Shown: in pieces, positions 37,290 to 50,270 of the stretch
How the letters are laid out: each line of letters begins with the position of its first letter
How positions within the stretch are numbered: position 1 is the first letter of the stretch
Source: Octopus vulgaris
Taxonomy: Eukaryota
NCBI GenBank assembly: GCA_951406725.2
Contig: OX597827.1
Span: 3,348,001-3,412,000, forward strand
Direction of reading: 5' to 3'
Length of the DNA: 64,000 bases
The notes under the pieces: model-generated
Told to the model about the DNA's origin: nothing
The model's input: the letters and a program-made list of their open reading frames with translations, nothing else
Databases searched by the model: none
Translations under genes and position numbers: made by a program

Positions 37290-37711
37290 TTTGTGAAATG
37301 TAATGCTTATTTATTCACATTGTTTTGAATTACTTATGCATTATCTCACAGCTTTGACTTCAATGATTTGACAATGTTGGGAATGACATTGTAGGGTAAG
37401 TGTGAGAGGTTGAATCTGACCAGTTCAAACATGGAACAAGCAGAATAACTGGGCCAGGTATGGCTGGTTTAACCCTTTCGTTACTGTATTTATTTTGAGA
37501 TGCTCTGTGTTTCTTCTAATTATTTTAAATATAACAAAGAATTTAGTAAAATAACATCGTTATCATTGAGCTAGTGTTAGGAACATAAATTGTGACTTAC
37601 ATTTGGTGGAAGATTTGAATTCAAAACTTATGGAAACAAGACATTTATACTCAGAGCCAGAGCTGGTTTCAGCCGGGTTGGTAACGAAAGGGTTAAATGC
37701 CAAAGGGTTAA
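37290..37711. mobile_element. piggyBac-like (TTAA) MITE, older family, left end lost; hosts a nested MITE
   Basis: Body homologous to 61971-62190; right end atgccaaaggg TTAA. Confidence 0.7.
37473..37692. mobile_element. piggyBac-like MITE with perfect 12-bp TIRs and a TTAA TSD
   Basis: TTAA CCCTTTCGTTAC ... GTAACGAAAGGG TTAA. Confidence 0.9.
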
Positions 37712-38442
37712 ACCCATTCTAAATACAGCCAATGTCTTCAAAAGTGAGAGTGAGGTTGAGAAAAAGATAGGGAGATGAATTAAGATGAGGAAGGGCACCC
37801 AAGCATAGAAACTGTGCAGCCACTGGAGGTTGCCAGCCCTTGTAAAATCATTTAATCCATGCCAGAATGGAAGAGTTTATTCATTTATTCACTTTCTCAC
37901 AATTTTTTTCCATGATACTGGCTTTAAAATATGGGCAGCCATGAGTTTTTATTGAGTGGTACATAAGAAATACACCAAGAACATTACTCAATACAAACTT
38001 AAACCATACACAAACATACACACCCACACACACACACACACACAAACATACGTGTGTGTGTGTGCGCATGTTCATGTGTGCATGTGTAGAAATTATGACC
38101 AAAATGTGGATTACAAATGCAAAGGAAGAGGAGTCAACTGAATCCTCAGTGATGGTCACTGAGAAAATATCTGGTGAAGTTGGAGAGGTACAAGTCATTC
38201 ATAAAATTAGCCAAGTAATGCAGGGAGTGCAATACCCATTCATTTGTGCAAGAGTATCCTCATCAATTGCTACAAAAGCACAGAAGATGCTCAAGAAAGA
38301 AACGACTATAGAGACATGAAACTGATAGAGCCGAATTATACAAGTAACTGAAATAGTTATACATGTAACCTCATTTATAAATAATTCATTCATCACCAAT
38401 CCAGGATAACATGGTATGCTAAATTGTGAAGTATGCTATGCT

Positions 38443-38762
38443 TATTGGCCATGCATGTAGGCGTCTGGTGGGTGAACTGAGCCGTGATGTCCTTCTCCCA
38501 ACTTCACTTCCCAACTGGTGGAAACTCGCGGGCGGGCAGCTGAAGACCTGGGTTACGACGATCAAGGAGGACCTCTCCGTGCTAACGGGACTGCAGTGGT
38601 TGGCCTGTGCGCCGATGGAACCGTGACTGGCTCACTATCTCCAGTCAACTGGCGCAGGACCATCATGTGTGGACTGCCATGGTTTGAGATGCCTCGAGGG
38701 TGGTAGAAGAAGCCAGCTCAACCCACCCAGGGTGAATGTCACCACAAGTACAAGTACAAGTA
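38443..38762 (+). mobile_element. Second RTE lineage, extreme 3' fragment with a (CAAGTA)3 tail
   Basis: GHACRR..GEL.RDVLLP..LPNW.K..GGQLKTWVTTIKEDL...RWNRDWL.ISSQLAQD..VW.AMV; typical RTE ORF2 C-terminus. Confidence 0.8.
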
Positions 38763-39524
38763 TGCTTATTGTGGATTGATCTGTAATAACACAGATCAGT
38801 GATCAAGTAAAGATTTTGTTTATATCATGAAAATGCACCCAAACAACCACCCACAATACTCTCCTACCAAGAATGCACAGACTATCATCACTTGTGTTTA
38901 TATAACTGTGTTTCAAGGCTGCAATATTCGTTACGTGCGTATATGTACTCATGCCCATCAACATGGGACCAGTGATCAGAAAAAATATGGTGGTGCCTGA
39001 TAATATAAACAAGTGTATTCTCTACATGAAAAGGTAGAAATAATCAAGAAAATAGGTGACGGCTAAGGTTCCCTGCTGTGGATTGAGAGTTTGGTGCCAA
39101 TGAATTGACCATTCTTTCCATTTACAAAGTGCATAGAGATGGTTCGTTTATTACTGATTTGTATATCACAGTTTTGTTTTTGTTTTCTTTTTTAACCAAA
39201 CTCCCAAGATAAACAAGGATAGATGTACCGTGATTGACTAAAAAGAAAATTTGCTCAAGTAAGTTGCAGTGTGGGTGTGTGTGTGTGTATGTACGCATGC
39301 GCTAGGAGGCACACACAGATGTCCTTGTCCTAGAGAAACGACTACAGGAAAAATTCTTAGTAACTGCAAACTACTACACAAAACATTCACAAAGCTGGAG
39401 AAGTCTCTTGACAGACTACCACATTCTGTAGTTATGTGGTTGCTAAATAAATTAATTGTAAATTATTGGTAGTGAAATCATTCTTCAACTCAAAGAACCC
39501 TGTTAAATCAATCTACAAAGACAG

Positions 39525-40007
39525 TGAACTGGCTGAATAGCATGACAAGCAAAGTGCCTAGTGGTATTTCATCCGTCCTTATGTTCCAAGTTAGTATGCC
39601 GGGCAAAATGCTTACTGGTATTTCGTCTGCCGTTACGTTCAGAGTTCAAATTCCACCGAGGTCGACTTCACCTTTCATCCTTTCGGGGTCGATTAAATAA
39701 GTACCAGTTATGCACTGGGGTAGATATAATCGACTTAATCCATTTGTCTGTCCTTGTTTGTCCTCTCTGTGTTTAGCCTCTTGTGGGTAGTAAAGAAATA
39801 GGTATTTCGTCTGTCGCTACGTTCTGAGTTCAAATTCTGCCGAGGTCGACTTCGCCTTTCATCCTTTTGGGGTCGATTAAATAAGTACCAGTTATGCACT
39901 GGGGTCGATATAATCGACTTAATCCGTTTGTCTGTCCTTGTTTGTCCTCTCTGTGTTTAGCCCCTTGTGGGTAGTAAAGAAATAGGTATTTCGTCTGTCG
40001 CTACGTT
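39525..40007 (+). mobile_element. SINE family B head-to-tail tandem, 184-bp period
   Basis: ggtatttcgtctg recurs at 39617, 39801 and 39985; preceded by a duplicated partial head. Confidence 0.9.
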
Positions 40008-40939
40008 TTGATTTATGTAATGCAAAGATTGATAATAATCCGGATCCATTCCTGGACCAATTTTGGAAAAGCATGTTGAAACTCAACTTCTGACTTTTCT
40101 AAGTGCTGAATGATTTATTTCTGGATATTTTGACATTATTCAATAAGAGAACTTGAGTTTGGAAATTCTATGTAATTTTCCTGTGGTATCATTTTTACCA
40201 AAAGATTCACCTCCTTGAGGAGTGATCTGATTTTGTCTTCTTGACTAGCACCATGGGTAAGTGCCTCCTGCTGTAGTGCTGGGCCTCTCAATACATTGCA
40301 TGGGAATAGGGGAAGCTGAAACAACAAAACAGTGTGTGTGTGTGAGTGCAAGCGTACATGAATGTGTGTGTGTGCAAGCATGCATGCGTGTGTGATTGTT
40401 AATATTTCATGCTTGTCATAAGTTGAGTGAGCAAGACGGTAGTGATGCTGACCCTCTTGTTGACATTATGACCAGTCACGCTGCACTTTCAAAGACCTCT
40501 GAAATAAAAAAAACGTCTTGCTTGAAAATAGATAACGATTGGCAACAAGGGAAGTATACAACCATAAAATCGTGCATCAAATAGTTCCCTATTCACACTC
40601 ATACAAGGAGAGAAAAACACATAAAAATGAGCACACACGCACATGCATACACATACATACAAATATATGTAGACACACACTCATACATACACACACACAC
40701 ACACATAATGTGAGGAAGAATACACCAGGGAAAGATGTATAGTATATATTTACGTATATATATATATATATATATATATACTCATACACGTACACATACA
40801 TAGACACAGACACATACACACATACATATATAAATAACGTAAGTAGTTGCATTGTGGAAGTAGCGTGTGTTGGGGGGTTAGGGTTAGGGCTTGGAAACAT
40901 ACTTAATAACTGAAGGTCAATTTGGCTGACAGATAAAAC

Positions 40940-40951
40940 TAATAATAAATC

Positions 40952-40993
<42 letters not shown>

Positions 40994-41060
40994 TAATAAT
41001 AATAATAACAATACTAATAATAATAACGATATTAATAATAGTAACATTAATAACAATAAA
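40940..41060. repeat. (AAT)n microsatellite
   Basis: Read directly from the sequence. Confidence 0.9.
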
Positions 41061-41993
41061 TAATGACAAAAAAAAATAACAGGAGGAAGGGAAGAAAATA
41101 AAAGAAAAATGAATCAAAAGAATTATTCAGGCTATGTAGCGAAATTATACCGAAAATCTTTGCTCAAATTAGTTTAATGAAAAATTTATAAATATACACG
41201 GAACACATTTGCGCACAAATTACATTTTGTTTCCGAATCTTCAAGAATCAATAGAGAAGCTAGGTTAAGGAAATTGATTAGGTGGGTACAAAATGCCAGT
41301 TTTTCACCAAAGAAGAAAAAAAAAGATGTGTGAGAGATTAGGATTTCTACTTTTTTTTATCTTCTCATTTTTACTTATTTTTTTTGGTATTTTGGTAATT
41401 TTTTTTTTTTTTCCTTTTTCATGTTCACTCACCGTTGAGAATATTTCTTATTGGAAAAGGAATTTTTGTTTTTATATTATTCCATTATATATTTTATATT
41501 GTTGTTATTGTTGCTTCATCATCATATAAGTGCTCCACTATTGGTAGGTATGCCAGTTTAAAGTGTTATATATGGGAAGGTTCATAACATTCATTTATTG
41601 TGACTCAATCAACAGAAACACACACACACACAAACCCACAATCACTCACAGACACATACATACACTCATACATACCCACATATATATACTATATATATAC
41701 ATACTCAAACACACGGCTTAGAGTTAAAGAAACGTCTGAGTATTTTTGTAGCAAGTTAGTGTGGGAAAATCTCAGAAATGAATCTAATTTGAGAAGAAAT
41801 TTTAATCCTGAATTCTCAAGTATGCTGACATCTTCTTAAAGGAATCATCGATAAATATACATATATATTATGTGTGTGTGTGTGTGTGTTCATAATATAA
41901 TTCCACTATTGAAGATTTCGTGTTCTTTTTAGTTTTTAGTTTGCCACATAATTACCATACGCATAATTCTACTTGAAAACATGCAACATCATA

Positions 41994-42024
<31 letters not shown>

Positions 42025-42039
42025 GTGTGTATTCTGTCA

Positions 42040-42268
42040 TTCTTTTATTCCTTTATTTGTTTCAGTCATTTGACTGTTTTTTTGTTTTTTTTTGCTCAAA
42101 AAATCAACCCCAGGACTTATTTTTTAACATAGTACTTATTCTATCAGTCACTTTTGCCGAACCGCTATGTTATGGGGACATAAACACACCAACACTGGTT
42201 GTCAAGCAGTGAGGGAAGGTCAAATATAGACACAATGACACACACACACAGATACATACATACATACA

Positions 42269-42304
<36 letters not shown>

Positions 42305-42472
42305 TACGTATGTGTGTATACGATGAGCTTTCAGCTTCCATCTACTAAATCCACTCACAAGGCTTTGGTCATCCCAAGGCTACAGTAGAAGACCGTTGCC
42401 TAAGTTACCACACGGTGGGACAAAACCTGGAACCATGTGGTTGGGAAGCAAGCGTCATACTGCACAGCCATG
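42040..42472 (-). mobile_element. SINE family A
   Basis: Full-length reverse copy. Confidence 0.9.
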
Positions 42473-42487
42473 TTTCTATTTATATAA

Positions 42488-42794
42488 GAGCAGGTGTATC
42501 TGAGTGGTAGGAAGTTTGGTTCCCATCGACATGGTTTCAGGTTAGTCTGACTTCATGGCACCTCGAGCATGTGTCTTTTACAGTAGCCCTATGACAAGCA
42601 AAAGCCTTGTGAGTGGATTTGGCAGAAGAAAACTGAAAGAAGCCCATTGTGTGTGTGTGCATGTTATATATATATGATGATGATGATATATATATATATA
42701 ATATGAGGGCAAACGACTATTAATTTTTAAAAATCAACAATTATTTACGGGTAGAATTCGGTATGTAAATATAACTATTATCGGTAGGAACCAT

Positions 42795-42851
<57 letters not shown>

Positions 42852-42921
42852 AATAATATGAGGGAATATTATTCCAAACTTACAGGGAAAAATTCAATTT
42901 AAAAATACTAAATCAAATTTC

Positions 42922-42959
<38 letters not shown>

Positions 42960-42997
42960 TAGAAAAATTATGAATTGATAAAAGGTGTTTTTTTCTA

Positions 42998-43046
<49 letters not shown>

Positions 43047-43200
43047 ATGTGTGTGTTGTATTACTGTCTTGTTGTCCTGTTACCACGTAATGATTGTGAG
43101 TGCCACTGTCATGCAAGTGATAACTGTTTCATCAATTTTCCATGAAAGAATGATGACATGAAATATTTTTGTTGGGTATTTCTATCTCAACTACAACTAC
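42488..43200 (+). mobile_element. SINE A head (42488-42650) and decayed F tail (43045-43200) separated by a (TA)n hinge with three short AT-rich inserts
   Basis: aaagccttgtgagtggatttggcagaagaaaactgaaagaagccc core; inserts at about 42700-42795, 42850-42925 and 42958-43000. Confidence 0.55.
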
Positions 43201-43469
43201 AATTTTTGAATGGATTGGCAGTGGCAGCCATTTATGACCTGTCACCTCTTGGATTCACAGTTCAACTGTTTCTGAATGTTTCAGAGCCAGGACACCATTC
43301 TTTCTATTGCCTTTTCCATCTTGTGAGCAACTTTCCTTCTCCCTATTCTGTCACGCACCAGAGTTGTCAGCATCTTCCACACATATACACATGCACTCTC
43401 TGCTGGAATTCCTCTATTTTGCCCTCAACTCATATTAACATCATCATCATCACTGTTGGTGTTTGATGT

Positions 43470-43690
43470 TTATATTCCATGCTGGCATGGGTCAAAGTTT
43501 GACAGGAGCTGACGAACCAGATGTCTGTGCCAAGTTCCAGTGTCTGCTTGGCATGGTTTCTTCAGCTGGATGCCCTTGCTACTGCCAACCATTTCACAGT
43601 GAGTGCTTGATGCTTTATATGTGGAACCAGTAGAAGTGAGGTCATCAAATAACTCACAGGACAAGAAGAACCCTCAACTTCAGAAAGGTG
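43470..43690 (-). mobile_element. Decayed RTE tail
   Basis: ttccatgctggcatgggtc...cagctggatgcccttgctactgccaacca. Confidence 0.7.
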
Positions 43691-43914
43691 GACTTATAAT
43701 AGATGATGAGGGTTCATGTAGGATCAGGTGTCTGGCAGGAGTGGAGGAGCCACATGGTTACTCCTGTTAGGAAAAGGGGAGAAGATGCACAGAGATGTCA
43801 GAGTGCCAAGAAGAACATGAGAGAAATGGTCCAGAGAATTGCATGTGTGAATGGGGATGCAAGATTGAATGAGTGTAAAAGGAGAGTGTCAGGTGAGTAG
43901 AGGTGAGTATAGAG

Positions 43915-44353
43915 CTGTGCTTTCCAACCTTTTTTTCTCCAGACCCCACTATAACTTTTCAGAAAAATGTATGCTCCACTGATTGTTAGAAAAAAAACAA
44001 CCTTATTTTTAATATTTTATTACAATTGTTTAATACAAAAGAATCTACCAGTGACACTTTTATTAAATATTGAGTATTGACTTCTCATAATTATATACTT
44101 ATCTTAAAGTATCCACACTTGGCCATTAGAATAATGTTTTACTGTAGCAAAGTCTTCACACAGTATGCTTGGCTGGAGTGTTTGGTTTGGTTAGGTTGAG
44201 TATAGATGTAGTACGTTTACTGTGAAACACAGATTTTCACAATTTCATGTCCTACTAAAAACAAATGGTTGGGTGGAATTGGGGATCCCACACCCCACCA
44301 CAATTTTCCAAGACCCTACTGGTTGGGCATATACCTCACATTGGGAATCACTG
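43915..44353. mobile_element. Old hAT (Charlie-like) MITE
   Basis: Degenerate TIRs ctgtgctttccaa / ttgggaatcactg; flanks gtatagag and atataaag (6 of 8 match). Confidence 0.55.
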
Positions 44354-44544
44354 ATATAAAGGAAAAGGCAATGAATAGGGAACATGAGTAGATGTGTGGT
44401 CAATTGTGAATATCAACTTGGAGGTGGGGAAGTGGAGGAAATAGGGTTGGATCAGGAAGGTGATAGGTGGTAGGACAGCTGATACGGAGTGCAGGAAGGG
44501 TGCAAGAAAGGCACAACACCAGGGATGAGGCCAAAGATATATGA

Positions 44545-44727
44545 ACGTCTGCCGTTACGTTCTGAGTTCAAATTCCGCCGAGGTCGACTTTGCCTTTCAT
44601 CCTTTCGGGGTCGATAAATTAAGTACCAGTTATGCACTGGGGTCGATGTAATCGACTTAATACCTATGTCTGTCCTTGTTTGTTCCCTCTGTGTTTAGCC
44701 CCTTGTGGGTAATAAAGAAATAGGTAT
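44545..44727 (+). mobile_element. SINE family B, about one 184-bp unit without the A box
   Basis: cgtctgccgttacgttctgagttcaaattccgccgagg...aataaagaaataggtat. Confidence 0.9.
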
Positions 44728-45359
44728 ATGAAGGGGAGAGGGAAAGAACATAAGCAGTGAGGGTTGCCATTGGCAGAATGAAAGAGGGCAAAAGGAAAGA
44801 GAGAAGTGAAGGGGGCATTCAAAAGAAAAGAAAATGTTAGGGGATGATACTGAAAGTATGAGATACAAAGTAAATGGCTAAACACACACACACACATACA
44901 TAAATAATGGCCAAAAAATTGAATAATAAAGCTTTGTTGGTGAATGAATAACTTTTAATAGAATGATAACAGTAACACTGATATAGCACCTAATTTTTTA
45001 GGATGTATACACTCTAATGAATATCGTATTATGTTAGTGTTATTGTCTCTGTAGTTGAGTAATTGCTAAAAGCAAGATTCAGCATGAAACCATTGGTACT
45101 GCATTAGCACCAATCATTCTATCAAAAGACATTATATAACCACACATTTCTATATATATTTATGTTGGTATGTACATGCATATGTATAGATGTATATGAT
45201 TACATGCATGGAAGAGAAGAGTAAAATCAAAGTTGGAATGAATGGGTGTTGTGATCAACAATGTATAGGGATATCTGATACCTTGGTTGATAGAGTAACA
45301 GCGACATGTGTGTGTGTATATGTGAATGTATGTATGTGTGCGTGCGCACACACACACCT

Positions 45360-45419
45360 ATTTATCTATCTATCTATCTAACTATATATATATATAGATA
45401 TTACATATATATACATATG

Positions 45420-45466
<47 letters not shown>

Positions 45467-45628
45467 ATATATATATATACATATACATACATATATATAC
45501 ATATATACACAAACACACATATATATATACATACATATATATACATATACATACATATATATACATATACATACACACACACATATATATATACATACAT
45601 ATATATATACATATACATACATACACAC

Positions 45629-45668
<40 letters not shown>
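45360..45668. repeat. (TA)/(CA) compound microsatellite
   Basis: Read directly from the sequence. Confidence 0.95.
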
Positions 45669-45671
<3 letters not shown>

Positions 45672-46063
45672 TATTATTTTGAGAGAAGCTGAGTATATTT
45701 TATCTGAAGATCAATAAAAGTATGTTCAGATGAAACATTAAATTTGCAATATGTTGATAATTTTTGGAATACAACTGATACTGCACTCAACATATAGCCT
45801 GTTTTTTTTTTGTTGTTTTTTTTAGCATTATGACTAAGAGCTAGTTGGATATTTAGTCCTGCAGCATTAGTCTACATAACAACTGTGGAGCTGGAAACCA
45901 CTGAAGAAGAAAACCTAGGAATACATGGCACAGGGTGGAGATGATTGACTTCAGGGTGCAGAGCCTCACGAAGATCATGACAACAGACTGTGATGATTGA
46001 CAACACATGGTGCATCATCATCATCATTGTTCGACTTCACTGTCCATCATAGCATTACGGAGG

Positions 46064-46417
46064 TCCTGTTGCTGGATGCCTGTATCCCTGGAGATTACAT
46101 CAGGGTAGGAGAGTGTGCGCCCTCTGGTATCGTGAGTAGATGGCTTCCAGAGGAGAAGAGTAGAAATTGCCTCGTTTTCAGCTCAACAACAATGCACATG
46201 GTGCAGGACAAAGCCTGTCCAATGGTGCAACCATTATGTAACTAGCATCAAAATGGTGCTTGTGAAGGATGGCTTGTATATACCATCAGCATCATCATTT
46301 AATGTCCATATTCCATGTTGACATGGAGTGAATGGTTTGAAAGGAGTTGGTAAGGCCGAGAACTACAGGCTCCATGTCGGTCATGCATATAAAAAAAAAA
46401 ACAAAGGTAAAAATGAT
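46064..46417 (+). repeat. ~350-bp local segment duplicated at 47610-47962
   Basis: Near-identical text from tcctgttgctggatgcctgtatccctggaga to aaaatgat in both places. Confidence 0.95.
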
Positions 46418-46770
46418 GAACTTTTAAATTTTCCTCACCTAAAACTCTTAATATAATGTAATCTTACACGTAAAAGGAACATCTATTCATAATGATGGTT
46501 GATATAAACGTTGGTTGGTTGGCTGGTATCTGAAGTTAAGCATTACATAATATAGAGAGAGTGAGAGAGAGAGAGAGAGAGGGAGGGAGTGAAAAGCAGA
46601 AACAGAAAGAGTTAACATAAGAGGTGCAGGATGAGTGGAAGAGTTAGAGACGAAGGAGGAGGAGGAGGAGAGACTTTGTGTATCTCTGCATCTGAGTGTG
46701 TGTATATGTGTATATATATGTCTCTCTCTGTCTGTCCCTCTCTCTCTCTATACACACACACACACACACA

Positions 46771-48000
46771 CAGGTGTGAGCTAAAAAGTTCATAGGTTGA
46801 CTAGAGCTGTGAATTTTTACATGCATCAATTTCAACTTTTCTTATTAATAACTGCATTGTTTCTTTCTGTCAAAAGTAACTAATAGTGATTTCTCTTGAA
46901 AATCGACGAAATTTAGCATTGTGGTTATTATCAAGTATCTGCAGAAAAAGGGTCTAGCCCCTGCAAAGACAATCCTGCTGACATGGTTGTTACATTAAGA
47001 GATGACACTCCAGTTTTATAAACAGTGCAAAAGTGGGCAGCTGGATTTTGGAGAGGAAGGGAGAGTCTTGGAGATGACCCAGAGTCTGGACATCCTGAAA
47101 CTGTTACCACTGAGGAAGACATTGATTGTATTCACCACACGTGGATGAATGACAAGAGGTTCACTATAAATCAGATAGCCAACACTGTCAGCATATCCTA
47201 TGAGAAAGTTGAAAATATTCTGCACACTGAACTTGACATGACAAACGTTTCACATCATGAGAGAATCTAACATTGTTTAAGGCAGATCAGGTAGTTTCTT
47301 TGAACATTTCCTAACCCAGGATGAGTGTTGACTTCATCATATTGAGCTGGTGGTAAAGAGACAATCCACACAGTAAAAACACCTCTCCTCACCTGCTCCA
47401 AAGAAGGTGAAAGTCGTCTCATATGCAGGGAAGGTGGTGGCTTCAGTTTTGGGGATGCAAAAGGCATTGTGTTTATTGACTATCTTCAAAAAGAGTCACA
47501 CCACCAATGGAGAGTACTTTGCCAATTTGCTGAGGCAGTTATGAAAGGCTATCAAGACCAAATGTCCAGGAAAACTGATGAAAGGAATCTTGTTTCATCG
47601 AGACAATGCTCCTGTTGCTGGATGCCTGTATCCCTGGAGATTATATCAGGGTAGGAGACTGTGCGCCCTCTGGTATTGCGAGTAGATGGCTTCCAGAGGA
47701 GGAGAGTAGAAATTGCCTTGTTTTCAGCTCTACAACAATGCACATTCTTGCAGGACAAAGCCTCTCCAATGGTGCAACCCTTATGTAACTAACATCAAAA
47801 TGGTGTTTGTGAAGGATGGCTTGTATATACCATCAACATCATCGTTTAATGTCCATTTTCTATGTTGACATGGAGTGAATGGTTTGAAAGGAGTTGGTAA
47901 GGCCGAGAACTACAGGCTCCATGTCGGTCATGCATATAAAAAAATAACAAATGTAAAATGATAGTATCTTGGCCAGCCTATGAAGTTTTCAGCTGACCCT
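46771..48000 (+). mobile_element. mariner (Tc1/mariner) transposon relic with a transposase pseudogene (about 46900-47614)
   Basis: KYLQKKG...TVQKWAAGFWRGRESLGDDPESGHPETVTT...PKKVKVVSYAGKVVASV..DAKGIVFIDYLQK...DNAP. TIRs aggtgtgagctaaaaagttcataggttgac (46772-46801) and gccagcctatgaagttttcagctgaccct (47972-48000), followed by TA. Confidence 0.85.
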
Positions 48001-48994
48001 TATGTGTGTTTGTGTGTGTATGTGGAGAGAGAGGTGGGGCAGAGAGAGGGAGCAGAGAAAAGGGGTAGAGAGAGGGGGCAGAGGGAGAGAGACTGAGTGT
48101 GTGTGTGAACTTCCATTATTTAAAATTAATATAGAAAGTAATTTTGCTTTCAATTTTCTTTTTTACTTTTTGAATACTGTAGTTATATGTAATTTTATTT
48201 AAGCAAATATTTTTCTTTTGAAAATTAGTATTCATTTCATTATTGTAAGTAAATACTTATATGTATTCCACAGTTTCTGGTGTTATCCATGGTCGCAAAA
48301 GTATACTTTCAAAGTTACCTTTCCTATGATGAGTAATACTCTAGTGTTTTTTTTAATAATGGTTACCCTTATAAGTCAGCTGACCAGAACAAATTCAACA
48401 AACGAGATACAATAGAGAACTCATCCACTAAAAATATACAAACTATACGTGTCTTATACCCCAGGAAGCAAATTCGCTCTCATTATAAAATGGATGAATA
48501 TACCATTAAAGAAACTTATTGAAAAAGAAAATATATGTAACACACCAAATCACAGCCTTATAGAATATATACAAAAGCACCAAATTGAAGAAAAGTTCCT
48601 CATCAACATGAAATTACAAACTAAGCAAACCACAGAATTTACTTCAGACAAGCAATGTAATATAAAATATCAATGTAAACATGAAAGTTGCTAGAATTAT
48701 GATTGAAACTGCTACATTAGATATATAAGCATAACACTCTTTTATTAACTGACAATGTATTTAGAAGGAGGCATGAAATTAATACAGTTCACAAATTAAA
48801 ATTGGATAGGAAAATTGCTGACAGCACAAAATTTTTATGAAGAATTCTGCCAAAAATGAAAACAACTATAGAAGCATTATTAATATTGAAGTACAAAGAA
48901 AATATCAGCAGCTATTTTATTTACAAGAAATAAATCGGATCTACCAGGACACAACTGTTGTATATTTTTTTTACATTTAGCATTGATGATTTTA

Positions 48995-50270
48995 TCTCTT
49001 ATTATAAAAGGCAGATTTTATCTGCCTCCCTTTGTAACTTATAGAAATCTACAATATAGGATTTCTTCAATTACAATTTACCTAGCATTTTTAAGAGTAG
49101 AATGCATCGGGTCATGCCAGGTCCAGTTTTTAAAATTTAAACTCTAATTAAGCAAAATTTACAGAAAACTCACATTCTGGTGTGTATGTCAAATGCTTTT
49201 CTTAATGTGGTTTACACCACACGCACACGCACACACACAGAAAGGGAGCGATCTCATTCACTCACGCTATCACTCATTTCTGCGACTTTCTCTTTGCACG
49301 TTTGCAGCGATTAAAGTGAAACTAATTCGATAAAACGAGAGAAGTGTACCTTAAACCACTACTAAAAAAAAAAACAGCAAACAGAAACAAATAAATACAT
49401 AATGATTTACTCCTCACACAATTTCTTCAATTAGAGTGTACCCATGATTTTTCAGAGTACTTCAGTGGGTGATGCCATAAAAAATTTCTTTCAATTTTAC
49501 CACCAATGAAGACAAAATTCGAGAAAACTCAATATTTTAACATATCACTCCGAAAGCATTGATGTACATGTGTGCGTGCGTGAGTGTGTGTGTGTCATTC
49601 CTCACACACACGCATACACATACATATATGAGAGTGGCAAACACAAACGTTTCAAACAACTACATACAAACACGTGTGTGTTTGTTATTAGTAAAAAGAT
49701 CCCAAAACACAACTCACTTATCATTCCAACACATTTGCAAAGACACACGGACGGTGGAATTGCTATAACAATACAGAAAAGGTAAATTGGTTTTTATTTT
49801 ACTCTGTATATATTTTATTATATAATATTATATATAGATATATGTACATATAATTGCAGTATGAAACAGTGTTTATGTATAAACAGACGACACTTATATA
49901 TAGTTATTATAATAAGAGATTAATAAATATATGCATCCGTTTAACCCTTTCATTACCAAACCGCCCGAATTTACCTATTCATATTTAAATGAGAATATCA
50001 GAGCAAATCTCTTTAGTACATTCGTGAAAACACGTATTATACTTCGTAAACACTTCAACTACAGTTTTGTACAAAAATCGAAGTGTAATTTTAATTCCGT
50101 GAATTATGGGAGATTTTTTTCCGAAATTTGTTCCTATTGTGTTTTCAAAATTTGTAATTCTGACAAAAAATGGATACGAATTTCATTATATCAAGCAGCG
50201 AGTCAGAATTCGAAGGATTTTCTACTGAAGACCTTCATAAATCTAACTCTATGACTGAAAAAAAAAAGCA
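48995..50270 (+). mobile_element. Probable long Helitron-like 5' segment containing a piggyBac-like end at 49941
   Basis: A|TCTCTTATTATAAAAGGCAGA start; CpG retained; TTAA CCCTTTCATTACCAA resembles the TIR of the 37473-37692 MITE; runs directly into the Helitron at 50271. Confidence 0.45.

Noticed and set aside
39617-40007. CRISPR-like or satellite array
   Set aside because: The units are whole SINE bodies without unique spacers; eukaryotic context.
40136-40381. Minus-strand ORF after a ttgtttcag acceptor-like site
   Set aside because: Weak donor and no homology recognised.
40873-40889. TTAGGG twice
   Set aside because: Only two units; not an interstitial telomere array.
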